DNA of 64,000 bases from Chthonomonadales bacterium (GCA_037443035.1 JBBIPC010000001.1:160001-224000), one strand, 5' to 3'. Shown: positions 28,124 to 38,869, counted from the stretch's first letter. Made by a program: numbers and translations. Notes: generated by a model from the sequence alone, not told the origin.

Positions 28124-28197
28124 GCCCTGGTAGTCCAATCGGCAGAGACAAGCGACTTAAAATCGCTCGAGTGTGGGTTCGAATCCCTCCCAGGGCA
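28124..28197 (+). tRNA. tRNA-Leu(UAA), short variable loop; CCA not encoded
   Basis: GCCCTGG/CCAGGGC acceptor stem, A73, AGCGA-CT TAA AA-TCGCT, 5-nt variable loop, GGTTCGAATCC. Confidence 0.93.
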
Positions 28198-28222
28198 CGA
28201 TCACACTGCGCAGCAGCGTGCC

Positions 28223-29731
28223 ATGCAACTTCCAGGAACGCGACGTAGCCCCATCGTCTATCCGGGACCTGACGAATACGCCAGGCTCGCGCGGCCACAA
28301 CTGACCATTCCGATTGTGCGGGAAGTCCTGGCCGATCGGCTCACACCGGTCTCGGCCTATGAGAGAGTAGCGGATGGACCTGGCTCGTTCCTTCTCGAGA
28401 GCGTGGAAGGTGGCGAGAGGCTCGCGCGGTACTCCTTCATCGGATCCCGACCAGAGATGATCGTCCGCGCCCGCGATGGCACGGTGCGAGTGGATACCGC
28501 CCAGGGAACGGAAGTAAGGGAACTTGGCGCAAGCGAGACGCCGCTGGATGTGCTAAAGGAGATTCTGGCAAGGACGAAGATCGTAGATGTCCCTGGCCTC
28601 CCTAGGTTCGCTGGCGGTGCTGTTGGGTTCTTGGCCTATGACATCGTTCGTTACTTCGAGCGGCTGCCGACCCTTGCCCATGATGACTTGGGGGTGGACG
28701 ACGCGGCCTTCCTCGTCACGCGTACTCTGCTGGCTTTCGACCATGTTCGGCACCGAATCCTGATCATCTGCAATGCTACCATCGGGGATGATCCGTCGGC
28801 AGCTTACACCGAAGCCCTGGAACACATAGAGGAACTCGTGGAGCGTCTGCACGCACCGTATGTGCCGCCGACGGCGACCGCCGACGCACCTGTCCCAGTT
28901 CCGCGCGCGAACCTAAGCCAGGCCCAGTACGAGCGCATCGTGGAGACCTGCAAGGAACACATCTTCGCAGGAGACGCGTTTCAAGTCGTGCCTTCGCTTC
29001 GCTTCTCTGCAGATATCGGATGTCGTCCTCTAGAGCTCTATCGGGCGTTGCGATCCATCAACCCGTCGCCGTACATGTACTTCCTGGATTTCGGTGACTG
29101 TCAGGTGGTTGGCTCCTCGCCGGAGATTCTGGCAACGGTTGAGAACATGCGGGTTACGGTGCGTCCAATAGCGGGAACACGGCCGCGAGGAGCAACGCCA
29201 GCCGAGGACGAACGGCTCGCTGCTGAACTGCTGGCTGACGAGAAGGAGCGGGCGGAGCACATCATGCTGGTGGATCTCGGCAGGAACGATGTGGGGCGTG
29301 TCTCGGAGTTCGGCTCCGTCCAAGTAGAAGACCTGATGGTCATCGAACGGTACTCGCATGTCATGCATATTGTATCGAGCGTAACGGGCCATCTGGCAGA
29401 AGGAAAGACAGCGTTCGATGCAGTCCGCGCGTGCTTTCCTGCCGGCACCCTTACCGGAGCGCCGAAAGTGCGTGCCATGGAGATCATCGAGGAGCAGGAG
29501 CCAACACGTCGAGGGCTATATGGTGGCGCAGTGGGGTACTTCAGCTTCCGGGGAGATGCCGACTTCGCCATCGCCATACGCACCATGCTGGTCAAAGATG
29601 GCACCGCGCACATGCAGGCTGGCGCAGGGATCGTGGCAGACTCCTCTCCTGAACGCGAGTACCAGGAATGCGTCAATAAGGCGCGTGCTCTCATTGCTGC
29701 CATGGAAATGGCCCACGCCGGGTTAGAGTGA
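28223..29731 (+). CDS. trpE: Anthranilate synthase component I
   Basis: TPVSAY, FLLESVEGGE, NPSPYMY, PIAGTRPRG, EHIMLVDLGRND, PAGTLTGAPK, AIRT, QAGAGIV. Confidence 0.96.
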   Translation: MQLPGTRRSPIVYPGPDEYARLARPQLTIPIVREVLADRLTPVSAYERVADGPGSFLLESVEGGERLARYSFIGSRPEMIVRARDGTVRVDTAQGTEVRELGASETPLDVLKEILARTKIVDVPGLPRFAGGAVGFLAYDIVRYFERLPTLAHDDLGVDDAAFLVTRTLLAFDHVRHRILIICNATIGDDPSAAYTEALEHIEELVERLHAPYVPPTATADAPVPVPRANLSQAQYERIVETCKEHIFAGDAFQVVPSLRFSADIGCRPLELYRALRSINPSPYMYFLDFGDCQVVGSSPEILATVENMRVTVRPIAGTRPRGATPAEDERLAAELLADEKERAEHIMLVDLGRNDVGRVSEFGSVQVEDLMVIERYSHVMHIVSSVTGHLAEGKTAFDAVRACFPAGTLTGAPKVRAMEIIEEQEPTRRGLYGGAVGYFSFRGDADFAIAIRTMLVKDGTAHMQAGAGIVADSSPEREYQECVNKARALIAAMEMAHAGLE

Positions 29732-29740
29732 GGCCGACGC

Positions 29741-30316
29741 ATGATCCTGGTCCTCGACAACTACGATAGCTTCACCTACAACCTGGTGCAGTATCTCGGC
29801 GAGATGGGCTGCAGCCTGCGGGTGTACCGCAACGACGAGGTAACGTGTGCTGAGATAGAGATGCTGAGGCCCAGTGGCATCGTCATCTCGCCAGGTCCCG
29901 GCACGCCCAAGGACTCAGGCGTCTGCATAGACGTGATCCGACAATTCGCCGGAAAGGTGCCAATCCTTGGCGTGTGTCTAGGGCACCAGGCCATCGGACA
30001 CGTGTTCGGTGGAGAAGTGGTGCGGAACAGCCGGGTCGTGCATGGCAAGACTTCGTGGATCCGCCATGATGGCGAAGGACTGTTCACCGACTGTCCGAAC
30101 CCCTTCGAGGCGACGCGGTATCACTCCCTTATCGTTCGGCGGGAAACCCTGCCAGCCTGTCTGGAAGTCAGCGCGTGGACCGATGAGGGCGAGATTATGG
30201 GGCTTAGGCACCGGGCACTACCTATCGAAGGCGTCCAGTTCCACCCCGAGTCCATCATGACTCGAGAGGGGAAGAGGCTACTACGCAACTTCCTCCGCGT
30301 GTGTTCCGACTCGTAG
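29741..30316 (+). CDS. trpG: Anthranilate synthase component II (glutamine amidotransferase)
   Basis: [33 protein letters not shown]. Confidence 0.96.
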   Translation: MILVLDNYDSFTYNLVQYLGEMGCSLRVYRNDEVTCAEIEMLRPSGIVISPGPGTPKDSGVCIDVIRQFAGKVPILGVCLGHQAIGHVFGGEVVRNSRVVHGKTSWIRHDGEGLFTDCPNPFEATRYHSLIVRRETLPACLEVSAWTDEGEIMGLRHRALPIEGVQFHPESIMTREGKRLLRNFLRVCSDS

Positions 30317-30356
30317 CGCAAGTGGACGGCGCAGACGTCTCAGGTGCCGCCAGCCC

Positions 30357-31496
30357 GTGAAGACGCTGGGGTATCATACGCCCATGTTCGACTTCGAGCA
30401 GCGCATCACAGCGCTGAGGCAAGAATTGGTGCGTGCTGATCTCCGCGCCGTCGTAGTGGCGCCCACGGATCACATGCGGTACCTCGCTGGCTGGTCCGAG
30501 CCTGCGGGCGAGCGCTTCCTCGCTCTGTGGATCGCGGTTGACGATGAACCGGTTTTCGTGGCACCCGAGCTCTACGCTGAGGACATCGAGCGGAGGATGC
30601 GGATACACGCGCACGTTCGGACGTATCGGGACAGCGACGACTGGTCCAAGTGCCTGCCGACCTTGGCCGTTCCTGGGCAGGTCTCCATCGCCGTTGACGA
30701 TGACCTGCCGACCGTTCATTTTCTGCGGCTCCGAGCTTCACTGCCCGACGCAGGTTGGGTGGCTTGCGGTCCCATCATGCAGAGGCTTCGGGGCATCAAG
30801 ACTTCCGAGGAGGTGGCGGCGTTGGAACGGTCGGCTTCCATGGCGGACAGAGTCTACGGCGATGTCCTGCCACTTCTGCAACCAGGGGTTACAGAGCGGG
30901 CAGTGCAGTCCGCCATCACCGAGCGATTTGCACAGCTCGGTGCCGAGAGCTCCTGGGCGATCGTGGCCTTTGGCGCCAACGCATCTAGACCGCATCATCG
31001 GAGCGGTGGCACGCAACTCGAGAACGGGATGGTTATCGTTCTGGATCTGGGCGGTTCGCTCGACGGTTACCAATCCGACATCACGCGCACGGTCGTCTAC
31101 GGACGACCCGACCCGGAGGTGGAAAAGGTCTACTCGATTGTCCACAGCGCTCACATGGCAGCACTGGCTAGCGCTGTCCCCGGAAACCTGTGCGCAGACG
31201 TGGATCGCGCGGCGCGTGCGGTCATTGAGCAGGCTGGGTACGGCAAGCGCTTCCTGCATCGGACTGGTCACGGAATCGGCCTGTCGACGCATGAGCCGCC
31301 CAACCTCGCTGCAGACGACTTTACGGTGCTGCAACCAGGCATGTGCTTCAGCGACGAGCCAGGCATCTACTTCCCAGGACGCTACGGTGTTCGCATCGAG
31401 AACATCATCGCTCTAGAGGGGGTTGGAGCCCGCAGTTTGAACGCAGCAGCGCCAAGCACGTTACCCATCCTTGGAGATCAGGGTGTCTCGCGATGA
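30357..31496 (+). CDS. Xaa-Pro aminopeptidase/prolidase (M24B); alternative start ATG 30384
   Basis: PHH, DLG...GYQSDITRT, HRTGHGIGL..HE, EPGIY, GVRIE. Confidence 0.92.
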   Translation: MKTLGYHTPMFDFEQRITALRQELVRADLRAVVVAPTDHMRYLAGWSEPAGERFLALWIAVDDEPVFVAPELYAEDIERRMRIHAHVRTYRDSDDWSKCLPTLAVPGQVSIAVDDDLPTVHFLRLRASLPDAGWVACGPIMQRLRGIKTSEEVAALERSASMADRVYGDVLPLLQPGVTERAVQSAITERFAQLGAESSWAIVAFGANASRPHHRSGGTQLENGMVIVLDLGGSLDGYQSDITRTVVYGRPDPEVEKVYSIVHSAHMAALASAVPGNLCADVDRAARAVIEQAGYGKRFLHRTGHGIGLSTHEPPNLAADDFTVLQPGMCFSDEPGIYFPGRYGVRIENIIALEGVGARSLNAAAPSTLPILGDQGVSR

Positions 31497-32554
31497 TCAG
31501 AGAAGCACTCGCCAAGATCGTATGCCGCGAAGATCTGACCGAAGAAGAAGCAGAGCAGCTGCTCGACTATCTTGTGGATGGCAATCCCACCCCGACTCAA
31601 GTCGGCGCCATCCTGGCTGGCCTGAGGACGAAAGGCGAGAGCGTTTCGGAGATAGCCGGCTTTGCTAGAGCGCTCCTGCGGCGAGCCGTGCCTGTCCAGC
31701 CAAGAAGGACGTCCCTGCTCGATACATGTGGCACGGGTGGGGACTCTTCTGGTACGTTCAACATCTCGACGGCGACAGCGTTCATCGTGGCAGCCGCGGG
31801 CATCGGTGTTGCGAAACATGGCAACCGTGCAGTGTCCGGACGATGTGGCTCAGCAGATGTGCTGGAAGCGCTAGGGGCGCGCATCGATCTTCCACCGGCG
31901 CATGTTGCTGAGTGCATTGACAAGGTCGGTATCGGGTTCCTCTTTGCTCCGAACTACCATCCAGCGTTCAAGGCTGTGACGGTGCCCCGAAAGGAACTCG
32001 GTATTCGGACCATCTTCAATCTGCTAGGGCCGTTAGTCAACCCTGCAAGGGTCACGTATCAGGTCATGGGCGTCTACGATGAGACCCTGTGCCCCAAGGT
32101 CGCTGAAGTGCTTGGAATGCTCGGCTGCGAGAGAGCAATGGTCGTCCATGGTCAGGACGGTTTGGACGAGATCTCGACCGTGGGGCCGACCTACATTAGC
32201 ATCCTCCAGCACGGACGCGTTTCGACTGAGGTACGCATACCAGCCGAGTTTTTCCTGGTCCCATCTAGACTCGAGCATCTCGCCGGTGGGGCTACTCCAG
32301 AAGAAAGTGCTGGCATATTGCGGTCGGTTCTGTCGGGCGAGCGAGGACCTCGACGGGACATCGTCACCGTCAACGCTGCGGCCGCCATGATCGTTGCCGG
32401 GATCGCAGATACGTGGCGGGATGGTATCGGTCTAGCGCAGAGAATGATCGACTCTAAGCGAGCGCTCCGCGTACTGGAAGAGTTCGTAGAGTTCACACGG
32501 GACTTGGCAACACATGAGTGTTCTGTCGGAGATACTGGCCAACAAGCGTCATGA
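31493..32554 (+). CDS. trpD: Anthranilate phosphoribosyltransferase
   Basis: DTCGTGGD, FNIST, KHGNR.VS..GSADVLE, RTIFNLLGPL.NP, GLDE. Confidence 0.97.
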   Translation: MIREALAKIVCREDLTEEEAEQLLDYLVDGNPTPTQVGAILAGLRTKGESVSEIAGFARALLRRAVPVQPRRTSLLDTCGTGGDSSGTFNISTATAFIVAAAGIGVAKHGNRAVSGRCGSADVLEALGARIDLPPAHVAECIDKVGIGFLFAPNYHPAFKAVTVPRKELGIRTIFNLLGPLVNPARVTYQVMGVYDETLCPKVAEVLGMLGCERAMVVHGQDGLDEISTVGPTYISILQHGRVSTEVRIPAEFFLVPSRLEHLAGGATPEESAGILRSVLSGERGPRRDIVTVNAAAAMIVAGIADTWRDGIGLAQRMIDSKRALRVLEEFVEFTRDLATHECSVGDTGQQAS

Positions 32555-33302
32555 ACTGGAGGTTGCGCGACGGCGGGTGCCGCTGGGCGAGCTGAAGCGT
32601 CGGCTGCAAGACACTCCTCCGCCACGCGCTTTCGTTCGGGCCATCGAGATGAGCGAGCCGCCGGCCCTCATTGCTGAAGTCAAGCGGGCGTCGCCGTCTG
32701 GTGGAGTACTGCGGCAGGATTTCGCTCCACAGGCTCTGGCCCGCGCTTTCGAGGCGAACGGTGCCGCTTGCATTTCGGTCCTCACGGATGAGCGGTACTT
32801 TCAGGGCAGTCTTGACCATCTGATGGCCGTCCGGTCCGTGGTGAGCCTGCCGGTGATGCGAAAGGACTTCCTGATTGACGAGTACCAGTTGTACGAGAGC
32901 CGTATTGCCGGGGCGGATGCCGTTCTCTTGATCGCCGCTGCGCTTCCGCCTGAGGAGTTGTCCTATCTGCTTTCGGTCGCATGGGGGCTAGGGATGGCCG
33001 CGTTCGTGGAAGTCCACGACCGGGACGAGCTTGCGGAGGCATTACAGACGAGGGCCAAGCTCATAGGCATCAACAACCGCGACTTGCATGTGTTCCGTAC
33101 GGACATCAGCACCACCTTGAGACTGATCGAGGAAGTGCCGCGCGATCGCTTGGTCATCAGCGAGTCGGGAATCCGGTGCCGCCGAGATGTGCTGACACTA
33201 AGAGACGCCGGTGTCCGGGGAATCCTCGTTGGGGAGTGCCTCATGCGCGAGGCGGATGTGGGCGCCAAGGTCCGCGAGTTGTTGGGCCTTGCAGCCTCGT
33301 GA
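32514..33302 (+). CDS. trpC: Indole-3-glycerol phosphate synthase
   Basis: IAEVKRASPS, SVLTD..YFQGS, RKDF, VEVH, GINNRDL, SESGI. Confidence 0.97.
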   Translation: MSVLSEILANKRHELEVARRRVPLGELKRRLQDTPPPRAFVRAIEMSEPPALIAEVKRASPSGGVLRQDFAPQALARAFEANGAACISVLTDERYFQGSLDHLMAVRSVVSLPVMRKDFLIDEYQLYESRIAGADAVLLIAAALPPEELSYLLSVAWGLGMAAFVEVHDRDELAEALQTRAKLIGINNRDLHVFRTDISTTLRLIEEVPRDRLVISESGIRCRRDVLTLRDAGVRGILVGECLMREADVGAKVRELLGLAAS

Positions 33303-34000
33303 CACATCCTGATATGGCCACGCCCGCGTTACGACCGTCCGCACAGAGGCGGACGCGCGTCAAGATCTGCGGTGTTATGCGGGTCGAGGACGCATTAGCG
33401 GCGGTGGAGGCAGGAGCTGACGCCATCGGCATCATTCTGGTGCCCGACACGCCGCGGTACATGGGTGGCCAGCCGGTGGAAGTGGAACGCATCGCATCAT
33501 CTCTTCCGCCCCTGGTCGCGCTGGTAGCTGTCGTCCGGAAGGTGCGCGACTTACCGGAACGCGTTCGGCCTCTCTTCCATGCCGTACAATACTATGCCGG
33601 TACGGCCGACAATAGCAGAAGCTCCAGGATGCAGCGTATCCGGGTGATCCGGAGTGCGGCGGACGCAACGCCCGAAGTGCTAAGCAGTTGCGATGCAGTA
33701 CTGCTGGATGCCCACGACCCGGACAGACTTGGTGGCATAGGGAAGCAAGCCGACTGGGAGTTCGCGCGGGAGCTTGTCACTGCAGGTAACAAGCCGGTGA
33801 TTCTAGCAGGTGGCCTGAATCCACTGAACGTGGGCGAGGCGGTGCGACAGGTTCGACCGTTCGCCGTCGACACTTCCTCGGGTGTCGAAGCCCGACCCGG
33901 TGTCAAGGACCCAGAGAAGCTCCGGCGTTTCATTGCCGCCGTACAGGAAGCCGATTTGGGCCTCTCCTGCACGCAACCCGAGGAAGGACACGGGCAATGA
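33299..34000 (+). CDS. trpF: Phosphoribosylanthranilate isomerase
   Basis: RVKICG, GADAIG, LLDA....GGIG...DW, LAGGLNP.NV, VDTSSGVE..PGVKD. Confidence 0.93.
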   Translation: MTHPDMATPALRPSAQRRTRVKICGVMRVEDALAAVEAGADAIGIILVPDTPRYMGGQPVEVERIASSLPPLVALVAVVRKVRDLPERVRPLFHAVQYYAGTADNSRSSRMQRIRVIRSAADATPEVLSSCDAVLLDAHDPDRLGGIGKQADWEFARELVTAGNKPVILAGGLNPLNVGEAVRQVRPFAVDTSSGVEARPGVKDPEKLRRFIAAVQEADLGLSCTQPEEGHGQ

Positions 34001-34485
34001 CGACGCGTGGCCAGACCCTACTAGGCGGAGCGCTGGTGCTCGTGGGTGTCGGCATCCACGTTGCTCGACTCGCGGTGCCACCCAGCGAGTTGGCGCGGAA
34101 GGGAGCGCAGTCCGTGGGCCAAGTCCTGTTCAAGGATAGCCGGCCGGACAGCGAAGGGCGATTCGTGTATACGGTCACCTTCGTGTTCCCAGACGCTAGT
34201 CAGCGCAATTACCAGGTGGAGCGCGTCGTGCCCGACAAGGGCGTCTGGGACCGACTGAAGACGGGTGCGGAGGTCAAGGTGCGCTACATGCCAGGCCGGC
34301 CAGAAGAGGCGTCCATCGAGGGAGCAGAGGGCCTCGCGCGTCCGAGGGATGCGGCCTACGCCTATCTTGCGTGGAGTGCCATATTGGCGGGTGTGGTGGT
34401 TCTTGCCATGGCGCTACGACGCGGCAGCACGGGACCGTCTGACGTGACCAAACACCCGCCGCGGGTGGTACGTGGAGGCAGGTAA
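33997..34485 (+). CDS. DUF3592-like membrane protein
   Basis: TM - beta domain (G..VKVRY.P..P) - TM architecture. Confidence 0.6.
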   Translation: MTTRGQTLLGGALVLVGVGIHVARLAVPPSELARKGAQSVGQVLFKDSRPDSEGRFVYTVTFVFPDASQRNYQVERVVPDKGVWDRLKTGAEVKVRYMPGRPEEASIEGAEGLARPRDAAYAYLAWSAILAGVVVLAMALRRGSTGPSDVTKHPPRVVRGGR

Positions 34486-34489
34486 GACA

Positions 34490-35695
34490 ATGGGATATCG
34501 CAAGTCGGCTCGTGGCGGTCCGGACTCGAGGGGCCACTTCGGACCATTTGGCGGGCGGTTCGCACCCGAGACGCTCATGCCGGCTTTGCTGGAACTGGAG
34601 GCAGCGTACCGGGCGGCGCTCCATGACCGGCAGTTTCAGGCACAGCTCGGTGGCCTGCTCGCCGACTACGTCGGCCGACCCACCCCCCTGTACCGTGCAG
34701 ATCGCCTCTCCGAAGCCACCGGCGTTCGCGTGTACCTAAAGCGTGAAGACCTATGTCATACCGGGGCACACAAGATCAACAACGCGCTGGGGCAGGTGAT
34801 GTTGGCGAAGCGGATGGGCAAGTCGCGGGTCATTGCCGAGACCGGCGCCGGGCAACACGGCGTTGCGACTGCGACGGCATGCGCTCTCCTAGGAGTCGAG
34901 TGCTGCATCTTCATGGGGTTGGAGGACATGCGGCGGCAGGCGCTCAATGTGGAGCGCATGCGACTGCTTGGCGCCGAGGTGGTAGCGGTGGCCTCTGGCA
35001 CGATGACCCTGAAGGACGCCACGAACGAAGCGTTGCGGGATTGGGTCGCGTCTGTGACTACAACCCACTACGTGATCGGCTCGGTGGTCGGACCACATCC
35101 GTTCCCTATGATCGTCAGAGACTTCCAGAGCATCATTGGCCGGGAGGCAAGGAGGCAAGTCCGGCAAGCCGAGGGTCGGCTTCCAGACGTGGCGCTGGCG
35201 TGCGTCGGGGGAGGCTCGAATGCCTTAGGTCTTTTCATGGCGTTCCTGGAGGATCCTGTTCGGCTCATTGGGGTCGAAGCAGCAGGACGTGGACTTCGCG
35301 CAGGCGAGCATTGCGCTACGCTGACACTCGGCAAGCCCGGGGTGCTGCATGGTAGCCGTAGCTATCTCCTGCAAGACAACGATGGACAGGTGAGTGCCAC
35401 CCACTCGGTATCGGCAGGACTGGATTACCCAGGGGTTGGCCCGCAGCACGCATTCTTGAAAGAAACGGGCCGGGCTACCTATGTGTCCGTGACGGACGAC
35501 GAAGCTCTCTCCGCCGCGGAGCTGCTGGCGCGGACGGAGGGGATCATCCCGGCCCTCGAGTCTGCCCATGCGGTTGCGTACTTGCCGACACTGGGGAAGT
35601 CCAATCCTGGCAGCGTCGTGCTCGTCAATCTCTCCGGTCGCGGCGACAAAGACATGGAAACAATCGCGCGATGGATGCGGGAGCGCAACAAGTGA
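34490..35695 (+). CDS. trpB: Tryptophan synthase beta chain
   Basis: [55 protein letters not shown]. Confidence 0.98.
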   Translation: MGYRKSARGGPDSRGHFGPFGGRFAPETLMPALLELEAAYRAALHDRQFQAQLGGLLADYVGRPTPLYRADRLSEATGVRVYLKREDLCHTGAHKINNALGQVMLAKRMGKSRVIAETGAGQHGVATATACALLGVECCIFMGLEDMRRQALNVERMRLLGAEVVAVASGTMTLKDATNEALRDWVASVTTTHYVIGSVVGPHPFPMIVRDFQSIIGREARRQVRQAEGRLPDVALACVGGGSNALGLFMAFLEDPVRLIGVEAAGRGLRAGEHCATLTLGKPGVLHGSRSYLLQDNDGQVSATHSVSAGLDYPGVGPQHAFLKETGRATYVSVTDDEALSAAELLARTEGIIPALESAHAVAYLPTLGKSNPGSVVLVNLSGRGDKDMETIARWMRERNK

Positions 35696-36498
35696 AACGA
35701 CTGGCTGCGCGGTTCGCGGCGACTCGAGCGGGGAACCGAGCTGCTCTCATATGCTATGTGACAGCAGGCGACCCCTCCCTCAAGATCACGAGAGACCTTG
35801 TGGTGCGGTTGGCCGAGTCCGGCGCCGATATCGTCGAACTGGGCATCCCGTTCAGCGATCCTATGGCGGATGGACCGACGATCCAGCAGTCATCCGAGCG
35901 AGCACTGGCGGCTGGTGCCACCCTGGAACGGGTCCTCGCTTGCGTTGAAGGCATCCGCCGCCGCTCGGACGTGCCACTCGTGGCTATGACGTACTGCAAT
36001 CCGGTCGAGCGCTATGGCATGGAGCACTTCGCGCGAGATGCTAGGTCGGCGGGCTTCGACGGCGTGATCCTGACGGACATGCCGCCGGAGGAGGCTGGAG
36101 CCTGGCGAACCCTCGCCCGTGCCCACGACTTGGACACGGTGTTCCTGGCGGCCCCGACCAGTACTGCGGAACGACTGCGCGCGGCAACTAGGGCATCGTC
36201 CGGGTTCCTGTACTGCGTTTCCAGGCTGGGGGTGACTGGCGTCAGAAAAGAGCTACCTGTAGAGCTTGCCGACCTCATCGAGCGGGCTCGTGCCGTGGCG
36301 AGATGTCCCGTGTGCGTGGGATTCGGCATCTCGACTCCAGACCACGTACGCGCTGTGGCAAGATTGGCCGACGGAGTTATCGTCGGCAGCGCCTTGGTGA
36401 ACATCATCGCTCAAGGCGGCGGCTCCAGCCAGATGATCGCACAGGCGACCGGCCTTGTACGGGATCTAGCCTCGGCAACATGGCGGAGTACTGAATAG
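35692..36498 (+). CDS. trpA: Tryptophan synthase alpha chain
   Basis: [43 protein letters not shown]. Confidence 0.97.
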   Translation: MKRLAARFAATRAGNRAALICYVTAGDPSLKITRDLVVRLAESGADIVELGIPFSDPMADGPTIQQSSERALAAGATLERVLACVEGIRRRSDVPLVAMTYCNPVERYGMEHFARDARSAGFDGVILTDMPPEEAGAWRTLARAHDLDTVFLAAPTSTAERLRAATRASSGFLYCVSRLGVTGVRKELPVELADLIERARAVARCPVCVGFGISTPDHVRAVARLADGVIVGSALVNIIAQGGGSSQMIAQATGLVRDLASATWRSTE

Positions 36499-36499
36499 G

Positions 36500-37321
36500 A
36501 TGGAACCCTTCAAGGTTCTGGCTCTCGTACTGCGGCATCGGGACCTCGGCGAGGCGGACCGCGTCTTGACACTCTTGACTAGGGAGCGCGGGAAGCTCTC
36601 CGCAGTTGTCCGCGGGTGCCGGAAGCCCGGAGCGAGGAACGCTGGGATAACGGAGCCATTCACCCACATGCGCGTCATGCTGGCGCCGGGCCGCAGCCTC
36701 TACACGCTCACCCAATGGGAGTTCCTGGATGGCTATTGGGGCCTTCGTCAGACCCTGGAGATGCTGATGCGCGCAACGTATGTCTGCGATCTAGTTGGAG
36801 AGCTGACCGTCGAGCACGAACCGTGCCCGGACGTGTTCGACCTGACGCTGCAGACTCTCGACTTGCTGCAAGCACCGGCTGCGCCGGGGGACAGCGACCG
36901 AGCCGACCGCGTTCTCAGCGCTTTCGAACTGCAATTGCTGAAGGACCGAGGATACGGTCTGAGTCTCGATCAGTGTGCCCACTGCGGTCGCCACATGCAG
37001 CGAAGCACCACCGATAACTGCTGGAGCTTCAGCGCAGCCGCTGGAGGCGTCTTGTGCCAGAAATGTCGGTACAGGTTGAGAGACAGCTTTCCGGTGAGTG
37101 GAGAGGCCGTGGACGCCTTGCGACGGCTCGCCGATCTGCCGATCACCGAGGCTGGAGACCTGTCACTTGCATCAGACGACGAACGAAAGATTCGTCAGTG
37201 CCTCGAGTGGTCCATCCGGTATCGTTGCGAGAAGGCGCTAGATTCGCTGGGCATGCTCCACGCGGTGCTCGACATGCGGCACCATCGTCGGGCTGCGGCG
37301 TCGGCGAGGGCTGGCGACTAG
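36500..37321 (+). CDS. recO: DNA repair protein RecO
   Basis: GEADRVLTLLT..GK...RG.RK, Zn finger CAHC/C.KC, GGVLC. Confidence 0.93.
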   Translation: MEPFKVLALVLRHRDLGEADRVLTLLTRERGKLSAVVRGCRKPGARNAGITEPFTHMRVMLAPGRSLYTLTQWEFLDGYWGLRQTLEMLMRATYVCDLVGELTVEHEPCPDVFDLTLQTLDLLQAPAAPGDSDRADRVLSAFELQLLKDRGYGLSLDQCAHCGRHMQRSTTDNCWSFSAAAGGVLCQKCRYRLRDSFPVSGEAVDALRRLADLPITEAGDLSLASDDERKIRQCLEWSIRYRCEKALDSLGMLHAVLDMRHHRRAAASARAGD

Positions 37322-37382
37322 TCCAGATGGCGTGCGGCGGTGACGCTCGGCTGGCGGTGGCGACGGATCCTGAGAACCGCTG

Positions 37383-38279
37383 ATGGATCCTCCGCGCATC
37401 AGCCTTTTCTCCATCCCCCTCGTCACCACATGGGTATTCGACGACACGCATCGGATACTCTTCGATGCAGGCGATGGGGTGACGGCTATGCTGGATGCGC
37501 GCATCCATCGCATCCGGCTAGTCGCGCTCACGCACGCCCACAGAGACCACTGCTCTGGTCTGGGACAGTTGCTCAATCTGACGGGCGGAACAGGCGAACA
37601 GACCGTCGTCTACCCACAGGCGAGCGGGGCCCTTCGCGCGCTGGCTACCTTCCTGACCGCGTTCGACGCGCGTACTACCGGCAAAGTCCTCTGGCGGCCC
37701 GTGGACGAAAGCGACGCAATTGACATCGAGCCGGCACGACATTACCTGCGGCCCTTTGTGACAGATCATTACCCCCCGACGGACCCACGGCGCAAACTGA
37801 GCCTTGGGTACCAGATCGTCCGCTATGTGGATCGCCTTCGACCAGAGTTCGCGACACTATCGCAGGAAGCGTTGGATGCCTTGCGACGCGAACGTGGCCG
37901 GGAGTACATCACACACACCGTGGAGGACCGTCTTCTCAGCATCACGGGGGACACGATGCCCCTCGACCCTTCCGTCGTCGCTGGGAGCCGCGTTCTCCTA
38001 CACGAATGCACGTTCCTCGACCCAGAGGAAGAGGCGGAGATGGCCGAGCGAGGTCACCGGCATTCGTCGCTGGACGAAGCGCTGCGCACGGCCCAGGCGG
38101 CCGGCGTCGAATACCTTGGTCTCTACCATGTTTCGAGGAGGTACGACGATGCGACCATCCTGCGGCGGGTTCGGGAGCGCTGTGCGGAAATGGAACTAGA
38201 GTGCAAGGTCAGTGTTGCCCTTCCCGGCAAGTTCTACGACGACTTGTTCGCACAGCGCGTATGGGATGGACGCGAATGA
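37383..38279 (+). CDS. rnz: Ribonuclease Z (tRNase Z), Thermotoga (TM)-type
   Basis: TW......LFDAGDG, THAHRDH MBL motif, short charged flexible arm RLRPEF...RERG, TGDT, HECTF, HSSL, YHVSRRY. Confidence 0.8.
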   Translation: MDPPRISLFSIPLVTTWVFDDTHRILFDAGDGVTAMLDARIHRIRLVALTHAHRDHCSGLGQLLNLTGGTGEQTVVYPQASGALRALATFLTAFDARTTGKVLWRPVDESDAIDIEPARHYLRPFVTDHYPPTDPRRKLSLGYQIVRYVDRLRPEFATLSQEALDALRRERGREYITHTVEDRLLSITGDTMPLDPSVVAGSRVLLHECTFLDPEEEAEMAERGHRHSSLDEALRTAQAAGVEYLGLYHVSRRYDDATILRRVRERCAEMELECKVSVALPGKFYDDLFAQRVWDGRE

Positions 38280-38866
38280 TTCCAGATCGCAGCCGAAGTC
38301 TACCGGACGCGTTCTACTGCGCTGACGCCGACGAGGTTGCCCCGAGGCTCATCGGCTGCCGCCTGCTCAGCACGATCGGCGGCGAACTGACCGGAGGGAC
38401 GATCGTGGAAGCGGAAGCCTACCGTCAACACGATCCGGCCAGCCACTCGTATCGTGGCCCCACGGAGCGCAACAAGGCCATGTTCGGACCGCCCGGACAT
38501 GCCTACGTGTACAAGATCTACGGTATGCACTATTGCCTCAACGTCGTCACTGCCGAGGAGGGAAGGGGGGAGGCTGTTCTGTTGCGGGCCATCGAACCTG
38601 AGATCGGCGTCGAGACCATGCGACGACGGCGTGGCGTTGACAAGCTGACGCACTTGTGCAGCGGTCCTGCCAGGCTCTGCGAGGCTCTCGGGATCACGCG
38701 AGCGATGGACGGTCATCCCCTCAACGCTGCTCCGCTCTGGCTGGAGACCGGGGACAGCGCATGCCGCCGCGTGGTATCCTCGTGTAGAATCGGCATCGCG
38801 CTCGGAAAGGAGCTGCCGTGGCGCTTTCTCGACCCTGAGAGTCCCCATGTTTCACGGCGCGCGTGA
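38276..38866 (+). CDS. mpg: 3-methyladenine DNA glycosylase (MPG/AAG family)
   Basis: IVEAEAY, DPASH, MFG.PGHAYVY.IYGMH.CLN, AVLLRA, SGPARLC, RIGI. Confidence 0.93.
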   Translation: MIPDRSRSLPDAFYCADADEVAPRLIGCRLLSTIGGELTGGTIVEAEAYRQHDPASHSYRGPTERNKAMFGPPGHAYVYKIYGMHYCLNVVTAEEGRGEAVLLRAIEPEIGVETMRRRRGVDKLTHLCSGPARLCEALGITRAMDGHPLNAAPLWLETGDSACRRVVSSCRIGIALGKELPWRFLDPESPHVSRRA

Positions 38867-38869
38867 CCC

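Noticed and set aside
28070..28222. N-terminal extension of TrpE given by the ORF track
   Set aside because: The TTG 'start' is the -35 box and the extension runs through tRNA-Leu
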